A DNA stretch of 64,000 nt, taken from assembly GCA_963796955.1 (NCBI GenBank), contig CAWCNJ010000006.1, forward strand, positions 127,111 to 191,110, given 5' to 3'. The notes below the pieces were generated by a model. It worked only from the letters and a program-made list of their open reading frames with translations. It was not told the DNA's origin and searched no databases. The stretch is from Endomicrobiales bacterium (GTDB lineage: Bacteria; Elusimicrobiota; Endomicrobiia; Endomicrobiales; JALOBY01). Position numbers and translations under genes: made by a program. The stretch's first letter is position 1. Each line of letters begins with the position of its first letter. Positions 17,648 to 30,100 of the stretch are shown here, in pieces.

Positions 17648-20600
17648 ATGTATCACTATTTTCGCATGGAGAACGTCATGGTCGTTCGATTGTGTTTGCG
17701 AACAGTTAACTCTAAAAGCGCTACACTCGCGATAATTTTCGCGGTTGCTGCGCTATTATTTTTGCCCTCCGTTTCAATGGCTACCAGCGCGCCGACCAAT
17801 GTAATGCAGCGTGTCAGCGGTTCTGTTACTCTTTCATCGTTCTCATGGACCAGCTCGTCTCTCATAGTCTCTTCGTTCACTCTTCCCGGCAGCAGCTCAT
17901 ACTGCATTCAGGCAACCTCCGCCACCGTTAACGACCAACCGGACTGGACAAAGTTATTGTGGGGCACCAAGCGTTCCAGCGTACTGAACGCCGGCACGAC
18001 CTGGTATAACTGGCCCGCCCTTACTTCTCCCGGCATTTACTGGTGGCGCATCTGGGCGGAAAGCGCCGGTGTGGCTTCCTCGACGATCACCGTGCTCTCC
18101 GCAGGCGGCCCGGCGGCATTCGCCTACAAGACTGATGTGGACCCGCGGGGCATCGATGTTTCGTCGGGTCTCGGTGTTGATTTTGGGGAAGGCAATGGGG
18201 TTTTTGGCGGCCTGGCGCTTGGCGATTATGATAATAACGGCACGCTGGATCTTGCCGTGGCCGGTTACACAGGGTCTCAGACCATATGCCGCGTTTATAA
18301 AGGCAATGGCGATGGAACATTTAACCAGGCGTTCGTTGAGCCGATCACCGGCTGGGGCTCCGATAACGGATCCATCAATTGGGGCGACTACAATAACGAT
18401 GGTTCCCTTGACCTGCTGGTGAACGGTAATGGTTCTGATGGCCCGGTACATTTGTACGTTTTTAAAAACAACGGCGACGGTACGTTCAATTCAACGCCGA
18501 TAGAGCCGAAACCTGGCTGGGGACTTCACTATGGAAATGCACAATGGGGAGATTATAACAACGACGGTTATCTGGACATAGTAACAGAGGGCCAGGATTA
18601 TCCGGCATACCAAAATCGTTTCTATTTGTTCACGAATCTGGGCAATGGAAGCTTCAACCCTGTACCCATAGATCCCGATCCCAGTGACGCCTCAGGATAT
18701 TCCACTGCAGGTTTTTTCGATTACAATAATGATGGTTACCTTGATATCTGCATGACCGGGACAGGAAGTTGGGACAACCGCATTTACAAGAACAACGGTG
18801 ACGGTACCTTTACCAATTCAGGCAACGATGTGCCCTGGCCGTACGGCGGCGGGTATACCTACGGCGATTACGATAACGACGGCAATGTGGATGTGTGCCT
18901 GCCCGACGGCATATGGCAGAACAACGGTAATGGCACGTTTTCCGGGGGCGTTCAGTTTGGTGGAAATGAGGGTACACCGGCTTTAGCAGACATGAATAAT
19001 GATGGTAAATTGGATGTAGTCGTTGTCGGAAGTTATCAAGGCAACTTCTTAAAGCTGATCGCTAATAATGGCGGCAGCAATTTTACGGCGACAGACCTGA
19101 GCCCCGCGACCACCGGGCAGAATTTTTCCTACATAGTTTTGGGAGATCTTGACGGTGACGGGGATGCCGACATAGTTGTAGCCGGCCAGAAGAATGATGG
19201 TTCGAACGCCAGGTTCCTGAGCGTATACAAGAATAAGAATTACGAAATGGGCAACACTAATACCGCGCCGCAGCCGCCCGCCGGTCTTACCGCCCTGTTT
19301 AGCTACAACGTTAACAGCGCCAGTATAACGCTGTGCTGGACGCCCGCCCAGTATGATGTGGGCCATTCCTCGTACTCGATCTATTACAACGTGGAAATGG
19401 CGACCGCGCCCACAACGCTTACCGGCAGCAATATGAGGGTGTCCGGGGCTAACGGCTACAAAATACCCTGGGATTACCCTTCTGATCAAGGTAATTATAT
19501 CCGCCCTGCGGTAAAACAGCGGGCAGGCCTTTCCCAAATTACACAGGGATCAAGTTATCAGGTTCCGTATGGCAATTTGCAGGCGAACGCCACCTATTAC
19601 TTCCGCGTACAAACTATTGATGCCGGCTTGATGCGCAGTACCTGGTCTGCGGAAAGATCTATTTGTGCTGCGGCGCCGCTCCCGCCGAACACACCATCCG
19701 GGCTTATGCAATGCCTTGTGGGGGGTGCAACGGTATCGTCATACGGCTGGGTCGGCAAGGCGGGTGACGTTATATTTTCATCGTTCACGCTTACGGACCC
19801 CAACGGCAGTAGCCCGGTTAAATACCGCATTCAAATAACCTCGGTTACCGCCGCCGGCATTGCCCCGGTCTGGAACCAGGGCATTGCGGTAGACTACACG
19901 TCCGGCTGGCTGCCGCAGGGGGCGACCACCTATTACTGGCCTGGCTTGCCGGTCGGATTGTACTGGTGGCAAGTGTATTGCATAAACGGAAGCAGCGTTG
20001 CATCGTCCGTAGCAACCACTCTTGCCGACGGCAACAACCCGGTGCTATCCTACAAGACGAATTTCGACCCTACCGGAATTGATCTGGTGCCCGGCCTGGG
20101 TGTTAACAGCGGTTTTGTCTCTCTCGGTGATTTCGATAACAACGGCACGCTTGATATGGCGGTTATTGGTTATACCGGCTCAAGCTACATTAGCAAGGTT
20201 TATAAAAACAACGGAGACGGGAGTTTTAACCAGATCGCAGTAGCGCCGAGCAACAGCGTGGGCGTTAATGGTTCCGCCGCCTGGGGTGATTATAATAACG
20301 ACGGCGACCTGGACCTTGCGGTAAGTGGTTACGATGGCGGCTCTCCACGCCTGCGCATTTACAAAAATAGCGGTCTCGGAACATTTAATTCTTCGCTGGA
20401 CCTGATATCTGGCGGCGGTTTGGGTAGCAGCGGTGACCAAGGGGTTATTGCCTGGGGCGATTTCAACAATGACGGTTATCTTGACCTTGCAGGCGCAGGA
20501 ACGGATGGTAGTGCGGAGCGTTTTTATGTGTTCATGAATAATGGCAATGGAAGTTTTAACACAACCCCTGTGCAGCCTGATCCCGGCTGGGGTGTAGACA

Positions 20601-23600
20601 ACTGGTGGGGCGGGATATGTACCGTTGATTGCAACAACGACGGTAACCTGGATATAGCCGTCGCAGGTACCAGTGACGGCTTCGCGGGCTATGCCAGAAT
20701 ATACAAAGGCAACGGCAACGGGAAATTTAATTCAGCTTTTACCACACCGGACGCGGGTTACAATGGGGGCGACCAGGGGTATGCCTCAATGACGTTTGGG
20801 GATTATAACCTTGACGGCAACCTGGACGCAGCGGTAGGCGGTGTTGCGGGTTTCAGGGTGGATAAGGGCAATGGCGATGCGACCTTTACCGATACAACCC
20901 TTCAGCCTGACGGCGCCGGCTGGTTTGGCAGCGCCGACGGCGGTGCGGTAATCGCCTGGGCCGATATCAACAACGATGGTAAGCCCGATATGGTAATTGG
21001 CGGGCTTCAGAATGGCAACGGCGGTAAGTTCAGGCTGGAACTGAACAATGGCAATGGCACGTTCACGTCCAGCGATATCCAGCCCGGCTGGAACAGTTTC
21101 TGCAATGTTGCTCTTGGCGACCTGGACAACGACGGCGATGCGGACGCTGTCGTGTCGAATCAAAATGGTAATGACAGCGGCCACTACTATTTGAAAGCCT
21201 TCTTTAACAAAACCCATGAAATGGGTATCGCTACCAATGCGCCCGTCCCGCCGGGAAGTCTTACCTACCAGTCTTCATACGCGATAACCGGTTCCACGGT
21301 AATGATAACCTGGCCGGCAGCGCAGTACGACGCAACCGCATCGTCGCGCACGCTTTCTTTCCAGGTGGAAATATCAACGGCTCAAACGACGCTTGCATCG
21401 AACAAAAAATTGATATCAGCGCCCTCGTCAGCCGGTGCATTCATAAATACCTGGGCGTCTGAAGGCGATGATTATGGAACGTTTTACCGTCCTGCGGCAA
21501 AGGTCTGGGGTACGGATCCCTCGCCGAAATTCGGCATTCAGTTGAATTTAAGCACTGCCACCATCCAGGGCGGAACATCGTACTATTACCGCATACAAAC
21601 CATTGATGGCAGTCTTTTGCGCAGTACCTGGTCGGTGGAAGGCACACTGTATATGCCCATGGGCACGGCGCCGGCTGCTATCACCAACCTTACCGCATTG
21701 AAAGGCAACTCCGGTGGCGAGCTGAAACTAAACTGGACCTCCCCCGGCGCGGACGGAACCGCGAACAACATATACGGTGGTGTCTTTAAAATACGCTATT
21801 CCACCTACACCATCGCATCGGCCGGTTTCTGGACGGATGCGGCATCTAACTGGACGGACCCGTTAAACAAATATCAGATAACGATACCTACCAACTCCAC
21901 GCCGAGCACAACACAGTCAACGACGCTTGTAGGGCTTACCCCAGGCGGGACCTATTACGTCCGTGCCTGGGTGAGGGATGAGGTAGGCGTAGACAGTACC
22001 AGCTGGAACGGTAACTGGTCGGCGTTGTCTAATGCCGCGACCGCGTATGCGATGACGGCGACAACCCCGCAGGTGATAAGCGACCTGGTAGCCACGAACA
22101 ATGCGGCTCTGGGCGCCGTTAATCTTGCCTGGACGGCACCCGGCGGTAACGGGCAGACCGGCGACCTGAACGCAGGTTCCGCCTTCAAAATTAAATATTC
22201 GACGGTGAACGTTATCACGACCGATAATTTTACGACCATGCAGTCTACTATGGCTATCCAGAGTATAACTATTTCAACGGTTGCTACTGCCATGAGCAGG
22301 CAGAGCTACAACGTAGGGGGGCTTACCAACGGCAAAAAATACTGGTTCGCGATCGAAACAGAAAATTCCCAGGCCGCCTGGTCGACATGGTACTCTTCAG
22401 CCACAGGGGACGGTCATACCACCTACAGCATACTGGCAAGCACGATCTGTTCGTACACTAACCATGCGCCGACAATATCCAGCCTGGAACAGCTGAACGG
22501 TTCAATGGTTTCAATGACTTCGTTTACCTGGATAAATTCCGGCGCTATCATTTCATCGTTCACTATCATCGATACCGACCTGGGCCAGCAGGTGCGGTTC
22601 AATATCCAGATAACGTCAATAACAACTAACGATGCTGCCGATTGGACCAGTATATTCGCCAGCACGCGCTCAGCTTTGACCAGCCAGGGCACGTTGAACT
22701 ATACCTGGCCGGCGTTGAACCCGAATGTGTACTACTGGTGGCGCGCCTGGGCGGAAGATCAATTTGGCTTAACATCAGCTACCTCCACCGCGCTGGTAAG
22801 CGACGGTGCAGCGGTAATTGCCTATAAAACACCGTATGATCCGCATTTTATAGAACCTACCCCCGGCTGGGGAGTAGGATATTGGGGCGGCGGTACTGCC
22901 TGGGGCGACTTTAACGGTGACGGTAATCAGGACATCGCAGTTACCGGCTGCGGCTTTTGGGGCGGGAACGATTACCTCAGGGTTTATTTGAACAATGGTG
23001 ACGGCACATTCAGTTCCTCGTATATAGAGCCGCAGATCGGCGTGGGTTTCCGCAGCGGCGCAGTGGCCTGGGGGGATTTTGATAACGATGGTGATCTGGA
23101 TCTGGCGGCAACCGGCTCTGTCGACGGTGATGTTACCGGTATACTGAGAGTATACCGGAACAACGGCAATGGAGCTTCATTTAGTACAACCTATACGGAT
23201 GCGCCCGGTTGGGGCGGGTTCTACAGCTCAGTTGCCTGGGGCGATTATGATAACGACGGCAACCTTGATGTAGCTGTAACGGGGACGTTGGATGGGACGG
23301 CAGCTAACGGAAGATTCAGGATATACCATAACACCGGCAACGGGACTTTTGACACGAATTACCTGCAACCCACGGCCAATTGGGGCGTGACTTACAGTAA
23401 CACAACTCCACGTATTGGCTGGGCGGATTATGAAAATGACGGAGACCTGGACATTGCTGTCTGCGGCACTGATATCAGCAGCACGAATGTTTTGCGTGTA
23501 TACAAAAACAACGGCGACGGAACGTTCGCCTCCTCCCCTGCTCTCCTGGTCAATGATGTTATTGATTTTACCTGGAGCGACTATGATAACGACGGTTATC

Positions 23601-26600
23601 TAGACATTATAGGCGTAACCGCAACCGGCAGGGACGTGAGGGTTTTTCCCAATAACCGGAACGGCACTTTAAACGCGTCCCCGGTGATGATTCTTCCCGG
23701 TCTCAATGTAGATTTTTATGCGCTTTGTGCAGGGGATTATGATAATGATGGCAATGTAGATGTGGTAGTTACGGGCCATGATTTGACCAGCGATAACGGT
23801 TGTCTCAGGCAATACCGCAGCCTGGGTAACGGAACCTTTGATCAGAAGCCTACAAACCTTCTTCCCGGATGGGGGCCGCGTGTTTCAGGTTCCCTTGCGT
23901 TGTCGGACTACAATAACGATGGCGCTCTTGATATTGCGGTTACGGGTTGTTACGATACGGGGTGGACACCCACCTGGTTCCGCATCTTCCAAAATATGGA
24001 AGCCCAACTTGGCAACGCCAACACCGCCCCGGTGCCGCCAACTATTTCCACCGCGACGTTTAGCTATAGCGCCACCAGAAGCACATTTACTGTTGCCTGG
24101 GCACCGGGATATTACGACGTAGGCCATTCCTCCAACTCGGTTTATTACAATGTGGAAGTCGCCACATATCCTACCACGCTGCAATCGGACAATAAACGCA
24201 TCGTAAATTCAAACAAGTTTGTCCAGACTTGGGATTTCGGCAGCCCCAACCTTGGCAGTTACATTCGCCCCGCGGTTTCCACCAGCTGGGCCGGTGTTAA
24301 AGGCACCCAGATGGTTGGTTATACGATCGCCCCTTCAACAAACAATTATTTGCTTAACGCCACCACCTTCTATTTCCGTGTGCAAACCATAGATTCAGGA
24401 CTTATGCGCAGCACCTGGTCTGCTGAATATTCCTGCCTCGCCTCATCGTTTGTTGCTTCACCATCGGCAGGTATTATGATCGTAGCAGGGGCAACGGCCA
24501 GCAACCGGAACGACTCTGCGGGGACAGCCCTGACTGCCATGTTTGCCCAAGGCGTTCCGGCGGGAGATCTTCTGGTCGCCGCTGTAGCATATGAAGGTAA
24601 CGGTGCAATTACCGTTGCTGACGGTAAAGGTCAGACCTGGCAGCCGGCGGTCACGAGATATGATTCCGGTAATACTACAACGTGGGCCATATATTACATC
24701 TACAACACGCAGGCGCTGTCTTCTACCGCTGAGAAAACCGTAACACTGACGACGGTGTCTGGAACAACGTACCGGTATATGGTGATAACTGAGTTTTCTG
24801 GGGCTCAGGCGAGTTCTGACCCGCTTGATAAAACTACTTCCGGCAACCGGTCTTTTTCTACAGGGGCGAACGGAATATTCACCGATGCCTCGCCTACCCC
24901 GTCGGTCAACGGTGAACTGTTATTTTGCAGTCTTATGCAGGATTCTAACACCCATGTACCGCAAACAGCCGGGACAGATTTTACGATGGTAACGAACGGT
25001 ATTGTACCCAATGATAGTATCAGTTCCAACTATCATTTGCATACTGAATACTATGTACAGCCGACCGCTGCCGCTCATCTGGGAACGTATACCTGTTCAG
25101 GTTCAGACGCCGATACGTACGCTATAGCGATGGCTACGTTCAAGCCTGCAACAGCCGGCGATACTACTCCCCCTGCGGCGATAACGAACATTTCAGCCGT
25201 TACCGGTCTCTCGGGCGGCAGTATAAATCTAACTTGGACTGCGCCCGGGGATGACGGCATTTCCGGCGCCATTTCCGGCGGCGCTTTCAAGATCCGCTAC
25301 TCGTCCTATACCCCCACCTCTTGGACGGATGCCGCTTCCAACTGGACTGACTACCTGAATAAATACCAGATCACCTTGTCCACCAATGCCACACCGGGCG
25401 CCTGGCAGGCACGTACTCTTACGGGCTTAACCGAAGGTGTTACCTATTACATCCGCGCCTGGAGCCGCGACGAAGTTGGTGTAGACAGCACCAGCTGGAA
25501 CGGCAACTGGTCGACGTTATCGAACGGGGCGACAGCCTGGGCAACGGTTTCGCCCAAGCCGTCCTGCATAACGGACCTTGTTGCGACAACTAACGTTGCC
25601 GCGAACGGCATAACCCTTACCTGGACCGCTCCCGGCGATAACGGTCAAACCGGCAGTCTTACGGCCGGCTCCGTATTCAAAATAGAGTACTCTACGGTGA
25701 ACGTTATCAACGGCGCAGATTTTGCATTATTGCCCTCCACCATGGTGATCCAGAGCGTGACGATATCTACAACAACAACTGCCATGAGCCGGCAGAGCTA
25801 TACCCTTCCTTCGTTGAGCAATAACACAAAATACTGGTGCGCCATAAAGACCTGCAATGCCGAAGGGGGATGGTCGGTGTGGCAATCATCCGCAGATGTC
25901 GCGGCGTATAACATGCTTGCCGCCACGGTCTGTGTAAACGGGCCGAATAGCCCCCCGAACGCGCCGGCGAACCTGGTGCAATACGACGGCTCTTTTGTAA
26001 ATCTCTCGTCGTTCACCTGGACGAATTCAAGCACGATCATCTCATCGTTCACGCTTACCGACCCTGACGCAGGCCAGCAGGTGAAATACCGTTTACAGAT
26101 CACCACTGTTTCCAGTAACGGCCTTGCCATCTGGACGAACGGGTATTTTATAGACTATACCTCGCCGCTTTTGAATCAGGGCACCACCACTTATTACTGG
26201 CCCACGCTGACGGCCGGTAAGTTCTACTGGTGGCGCGTCTGGGCGATAGATGCGGCAAATGCAACATCTTCCACTTCGACCGTGCTCAGCTCGGGTGGCC
26301 CGGCGGTGGTTGCCTGGAATACGCCCTTCGACCCGAAGTACCGGGAACCCATGCCGGGTGACGGTATCGGCGGCGGCGGCTCCAGTCTTGCCTGGGGCGA
26401 CTTCGACGGCGACGGGTATCAGGATCTTGCCATACTTGGCAACAGCAATAGCAGCGGTGACATAACCAAAGTGTTTCCCGGCAAGAGCGACGGTACATTC
26501 AACGCGGCGGTAACCTTGCCTTCGGGGCAAACGTTCAGCTCTGGCGGTGTGGCCTGGGGAGATTTTAACAACGACGGTTTGCTTGACCTGGCCATTGCCG

Positions 26601-27109
26601 GCAAGAATAGTACTACGGGTAATGGCTCAGTGCGCGTGTACCGAAATACCGGAGGCGCCTTCAGCGCCACATTTGTGTCGCCGGAAACCGTGGGATACAG
26701 CTTCTCCAATCTGGCCTGGGGCGACTATGACAATGACGGCTGCCTCGACCTGGTCGTAGCGGGGTGGACCGATAGCTATGCAATCGTGTCGCGGGTATAT
26801 CACAATAATGGCAATGCCGGGTTCACCGTCGCCTACAATAATAACTTTGGAGTCGCCTCTACTGATGTCGGTTCTGTGCCCCCTCGCTTCAGTGGCTGGA
26901 TGTTGAAAATGATGGCGATCTGGATCTCGCGATGGCCGGCAACGCGGGCGGCACCTACAGTATGTCAATATACCGCAACCAGAACAGTACCTTTGCGTTC
27001 GGCTCGGCCCCGGTCTTCGAATACGACCCTGTCTCCGCCGCCGCCTGGGGCGATTTTAACAACGACGGTTTTATGGATTTCGCGGGCGTTGACTCTAATT
27101 CCCGGGTAG
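17648..27109 (+). CDS. Giant FG-GAP/FN3 adhesin, N-terminal segment (the true frame continues after a -1 shift at ~26879-26883)
   Basis: Sec-type signal peptide (ATLAIIFAVAALLFLPSVSMA; the start may be ATG 17678). Repeated FG-GAP propellers. The translation loses FG-GAP character after VPP at a C5 run, while the other frame reads SLQWLDVENDGDLDLAMAG. Confidence 0.85.
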   Translation: MYHYFRMENVMVVRLCLRTVNSKSATLAIIFAVAALLFLPSVSMATSAPTNVMQRVSGSVTLSSFSWTSSSLIVSSFTLPGSSSYCIQATSATVNDQPDWTKLLWGTKRSSVLNAGTTWYNWPALTSPGIYWWRIWAESAGVASSTITVLSAGGPAAFAYKTDVDPRGIDVSSGLGVDFGEGNGVFGGLALGDYDNNGTLDLAVAGYTGSQTICRVYKGNGDGTFNQAFVEPITGWGSDNGSINWGDYNNDGSLDLLVNGNGSDGPVHLYVFKNNGDGTFNSTPIEPKPGWGLHYGNAQWGDYNNDGYLDIVTEGQDYPAYQNRFYLFTNLGNGSFNPVPIDPDPSDASGYSTAGFFDYNNDGYLDICMTGTGSWDNRIYKNNGDGTFTNSGNDVPWPYGGGYTYGDYDNDGNVDVCLPDGIWQNNGNGTFSGGVQFGGNEGTPALADMNNDGKLDVVVVGSYQGNFLKLIANNGGSNFTATDLSPATTGQNFSYIVLGDLDGDGDADIVVAGQKNDGSNARFLSVYKNKNYEMGNTNTAPQPPAGLTALFSYNVNSASITLCWTPAQYDVGHSSYSIYYNVEMATAPTTLTGSNMRVSGANGYKIPWDYPSDQGNYIRPAVKQRAGLSQITQGSSYQVPYGNLQANATYYFRVQTIDAGLMRSTWSAERSICAAAPLPPNTPSGLMQCLVGGATVSSYGWVGKAGDVIFSSFTLTDPNGSSPVKYRIQITSVTAAGIAPVWNQGIAVDYTSGWLPQGATTYYWPGLPVGLYWWQVYCINGSSVASSVATTLADGNNPVLSYKTNFDPTGIDLVPGLGVNSGFVSLGDFDNNGTLDMAVIGYTGSSYISKVYKNNGDGSFNQIAVAPSNSVGVNGSAAWGDYNNDGDLDLAVSGYDGGSPRLRIYKNSGLGTFNSSLDLISGGGLGSSGDQGVIAWGDFNNDGYLDLAGAGTDGSAERFYVFMNNGNGSFNTTPVQPDPGWGVDNWWGGICTVDCNNDGNLDIAVAGTSDGFAGYARIYKGNGNGKFNSAFTTPDAGYNGGDQGYASMTFGDYNLDGNLDAAVGGVAGFRVDKGNGDATFTDTTLQPDGAGWFGSADGGAVIAWADINNDGKPDMVIGGLQNGNGGKFRLELNNGNGTFTSSDIQPGWNSFCNVALGDLDNDGDADAVVSNQNGNDSGHYYLKAFFNKTHEMGIATNAPVPPGSLTYQSSYAITGSTVMITWPAAQYDATASSRTLSFQVEISTAQTTLASNKKLISAPSSAGAFINTWASEGDDYGTFYRPAAKVWGTDPSPKFGIQLNLSTATIQGGTSYYYRIQTIDGSLLRSTWSVEGTLYMPMGTAPAAITNLTALKGNSGGELKLNWTSPGADGTANNIYGGVFKIRYSTYTIASAGFWTDAASNWTDPLNKYQITIPTNSTPSTTQSTTLVGLTPGGTYYVRAWVRDEVGVDSTSWNGNWSALSNAATAYAMTATTPQVISDLVATNNAALGAVNLAWTAPGGNGQTGDLNAGSAFKIKYSTVNVITTDNFTTMQSTMAIQSITISTVATAMSRQSYNVGGLTNGKKYWFAIETENSQAAWSTWYSSATGDGHTTYSILASTICSYTNHAPTISSLEQLNGSMVSMTSFTWINSGAIISSFTIIDTDLGQQVRFNIQITSITTNDAADWTSIFASTRSALTSQGTLNYTWPALNPNVYYWWRAWAEDQFGLTSATSTALVSDGAAVIAYKTPYDPHFIEPTPGWGVGYWGGGTAWGDFNGDGNQDIAVTGCGFWGGNDYLRVYLNNGDGTFSSSYIEPQIGVGFRSGAVAWGDFDNDGDLDLAATGSVDGDVTGILRVYRNNGNGASFSTTYTDAPGWGGFYSSVAWGDYDNDGNLDVAVTGTLDGTAANGRFRIYHNTGNGTFDTNYLQPTANWGVTYSNTTPRIGWADYENDGDLDIAVCGTDISSTNVLRVYKNNGDGTFASSPALLVNDVIDFTWSDYDNDGYLDIIGVTATGRDVRVFPNNRNGTLNASPVMILPGLNVDFYALCAGDYDNDGNVDVVVTGHDLTSDNGCLRQYRSLGNGTFDQKPTNLLPGWGPRVSGSLALSDYNNDGALDIAVTGCYDTGWTPTWFRIFQNMEAQLGNANTAPVPPTISTATFSYSATRSTFTVAWAPGYYDVGHSSNSVYYNVEVATYPTTLQSDNKRIVNSNKFVQTWDFGSPNLGSYIRPAVSTSWAGVKGTQMVGYTIAPSTNNYLLNATTFYFRVQTIDSGLMRSTWSAEYSCLASSFVASPSAGIMIVAGATASNRNDSAGTALTAMFAQGVPAGDLLVAAVAYEGNGAITVADGKGQTWQPAVTRYDSGNTTTWAIYYIYNTQALSSTAEKTVTLTTVSGTTYRYMVITEFSGAQASSDPLDKTTSGNRSFSTGANGIFTDASPTPSVNGELLFCSLMQDSNTHVPQTAGTDFTMVTNGIVPNDSISSNYHLHTEYYVQPTAAAHLGTYTCSGSDADTYAIAMATFKPATAGDTTPPAAITNISAVTGLSGGSINLTWTAPGDDGISGAISGGAFKIRYSSYTPTSWTDAASNWTDYLNKYQITLSTNATPGAWQARTLTGLTEGVTYYIRAWSRDEVGVDSTSWNGNWSTLSNGATAWATVSPKPSCITDLVATTNVAANGITLTWTAPGDNGQTGSLTAGSVFKIEYSTVNVINGADFALLPSTMVIQSVTISTTTTAMSRQSYTLPSLSNNTKYWCAIKTCNAEGGWSVWQSSADVAAYNMLAATVCVNGPNSPPNAPANLVQYDGSFVNLSSFTWTNSSTIISSFTLTDPDAGQQVKYRLQITTVSSNGLAIWTNGYFIDYTSPLLNQGTTTYYWPTLTAGKFYWWRVWAIDAANATSSTSTVLSSGGPAVVAWNTPFDPKYREPMPGDGIGGGGSSLAWGDFDGDGYQDLAILGNSNSSGDITKVFPGKSDGTFNAAVTLPSGQTFSSGGVAWGDFNNDGLLDLAIAGKNSTTGNGSVRVYRNTGGAFSATFVSPETVGYSFSNLAWGDYDNDGCLDLVVAGWTDSYAIVSRVYHNNGNAGFTVAYNNNFGVASTDVGSVPPRFSGWMLKMMAIWISRWPATRAAPTVCQYTATRTVPLRSARPRSSNTTLSPPPPGAILTTTVLWISRALTLIPG

Positions 27110-30100
27110 CTGTTTTCCTCAACACCGGTAATTTCACCTTCAATACCGTGTCTCCCATTGTACTGACATCCACTATCAACAATTTCACGAACGTCGCCGC
27201 GGGTGACGTTGATAATGACGGCCTCTCGGACGTATTTGTCGCCGGCAGCACCGGCACGGCATTGTATTACAATCGTAATGGAAGTTTTGTAAATCAACCC
27301 ACCTTTCCATTCTGGCCGCTGTACGCAGACGAAAGCATTGCCCTTGCCGATTATAACGCCGACGGCGCTTTGGATGCCGCCTTTGCCGGCGGCGATCTTC
27401 TCGGTGCCGACTACTTCAGGGTTTTTAACGGCAAGCAGACGAATACCGCGCCGGTCCCTCCCAGCCCCAGCGTTACGCTTACCTATAGCGGGGCGGCGGT
27501 CAACCGCAGTACCTTTACCGTTACCTGGCCGCCCTCTCAGTATGATACGGGCAATTCTTCCAACTCGCTCTATTACCAGGTTGAGGTTTCCACTTTCCCG
27601 ACCGCGCTTTCCGGCGATGCCCTGCGCATAACGACGGGAGGGAGGTACCAGAATCCGTGGAATTTCGGCACGCCCGGCCTGGGTGGTTTTGTGCGTCCGG
27701 CGGTTTCCACTAGCTGGGCCGGCGTAACGGGCAGCCAGATGCAGGGGTTCATGTTCAGCCCCTCAACGGCGACGCTGGCGGCGAGTACCAGTTTCTACTT
27801 CCGCGTGCAGACGATAGACGCGGGCCTTAAGCGCAGTACCTGGTCGGCGGAGTATATGTGCGTTATTGCCACCTACGCGCCGTCCGGCGTTACCGACCTG
27901 ACTGCTACTACTAATATCGGCATAAATGGAATATCACTGGCCTGGACGGCGCCGGGCGACCACGCGCTTTCCGGGAATCTTACCAGCGGCTCGCAGTTCA
28001 AGATAGAGTACTCATCCGTCGGAATAATCAATACGGCAAATTTCGACTCTCCGCCCGCGAACCTCGCGGCAACCGCTATCTACATCTCCACCGTTACTAC
28101 GGCGCGCAGCCGCCAGAGTTGGAGCGTGCCGAACCTGCAGAACAATACGGTCTACTGGTTCGCCGTTAAAACCGAGAATAGCGCGGGCCTGTGGTCGGTG
28201 TGGCAGTCGTCCGCGGACGTGGCAACATACAACCTGCAAGCCAGCACCCGCTGTGTTGCTGTTAACCATGCCCCGAACGCGCCGGCGAACCTGGTGCAAT
28301 ACGATGGCTCTTTTGTAAGCCTCTCGTCGTTCACCTGGACGAATTCAAGCACGATCATTTCATCCTTCACTCTTACCGACCCGGATGCAGGCCAGCAGGT
28401 GAAATACTGTTTGCAGATCACCACCGTTTCCAGCGCCGGTCTTGCCACTTGGACGAGCGGCTATTTTTGGAATTATACTTCCCCGCTTTTGAACCAGGGC
28501 ACAACCACGTATTACTGGCCCACACTGACGGCCGGTAAGTTCTACTGGTGGCGCGTCTGGGCGATAGACGCGGCAAATGCGACATCTTCCACTTCTACCG
28601 CCCTCAGTTCGGGCGGGGCCGCAGTATTAACCTATAAAACCGATTTCGACCCTAATGGAATACGCATTGTACCCGGCCTCGGTTTATACGGAAATGACGT
28701 TTATAGCCAGCTTGCCCTTGGTGACTTTGACAACAACGGCACCCTTGACCTTGCTGTTACTGGTGAGGATATTAATTCGCTTTTTGATTTTAGAGTATAC
28801 TCAGGCAATGGCGATGGAACATTCAACTTCTTGCCTGCACTGCGTAATGATGGTACCTATTTCGCATCGTTGGCATGGGGTGATTACAATAATGACGGCG
28901 ATCTGGATATCGCGCTCAGTGCGGGTAACATAGAAAACACCATAGGACTGTATGTTTACCGTAACAAGGGAAACGGCACATTTGATACTACGCCGCTGCA
29001 GCCTGCCGGAGCCGGTGTCGGTATAGGCGGCGGGCTTGCCTGGGGAGATTTTAACAACGACGGCTTTTTAGATCTTGCTGCCTCCGGGTGGATAAATGCA
29101 ACGACTGAAAAATTCTACATTTACAAAAACAATTGCAACGGCAGCTTCAATACAACCCCCGTTCAGCCTGACAGCGCAATGCTATTTGGCGGCTACGAAG
29201 GTTCGCCCATCAGCTGCGCGGACTTTAACAATGACGGTCTTTTGGATATAAGTGTGTGTGCGGATTATTGGCAGTCCAGGCTTTACAAGAATGACGGTGA
29301 CGGCACATTTACGATAACGAACGTCGGCGTTACGGATGTACCGTACGGCCAGGCCTACGCGTTTGGCGATTATGATAATGACGGCAGCCTGGACATCGCA
29401 TCTCCCGGCGGAGTATATCAGAACAACGGTGCCGGATCATTTTCAATGGGGCCAGCCCTTCCGTCTAATGGCGACTATTACTGCCCTTCAAGCTGGGCGG
29501 ATTTTAATAATGATGGTAAGCTGGATCTTGTTGAAAGCGGCGGGTTCGATTATGAATATTTGATCGAGCTGACAAACAACGGCAGTAGTGGTTTTTCCGG
29601 GACTGAAATAATGCCTGGTTTCGGGCTCGGCGATGCGTCATTAGCTGTCGGGGATGTGGATAACGATGGCGATACCGATATTATTGCCAGTGGCGGTAAC
29701 GGCGCTGCCAATTTGCTTTTGTTCAAGAATAAAAACAGTGAGATGGGCAATGCCAACATCGCTCCAGTGCCGCCGTCAGGCTTGTCATACCAGTCTTCAT
29801 ATTTCATATCAAATTCAACCGTCATTATAACCTGGCCTGCCGCCCAATATGATACCGGCATGTCATCGCGCACATTGTCCTTTCAGGTGGTTATCGCTTC
29901 CGCCCCCATGATGCTTGCCTCTAACCAGTCGCTGATAACATCGCCGGGGGCTTTTATAACCACCTGGGCGGCCGAGGCAGACGGTTTCGGCACCTTTAAC
30001 CGCCCCGTGGCAAAGATCTGGGGCTCGGATATATCGCCCAAGTTCGGTTATCAGCTGAATTTAACCACAGCATCTATTACCGGCGACACGTCGTACTACT

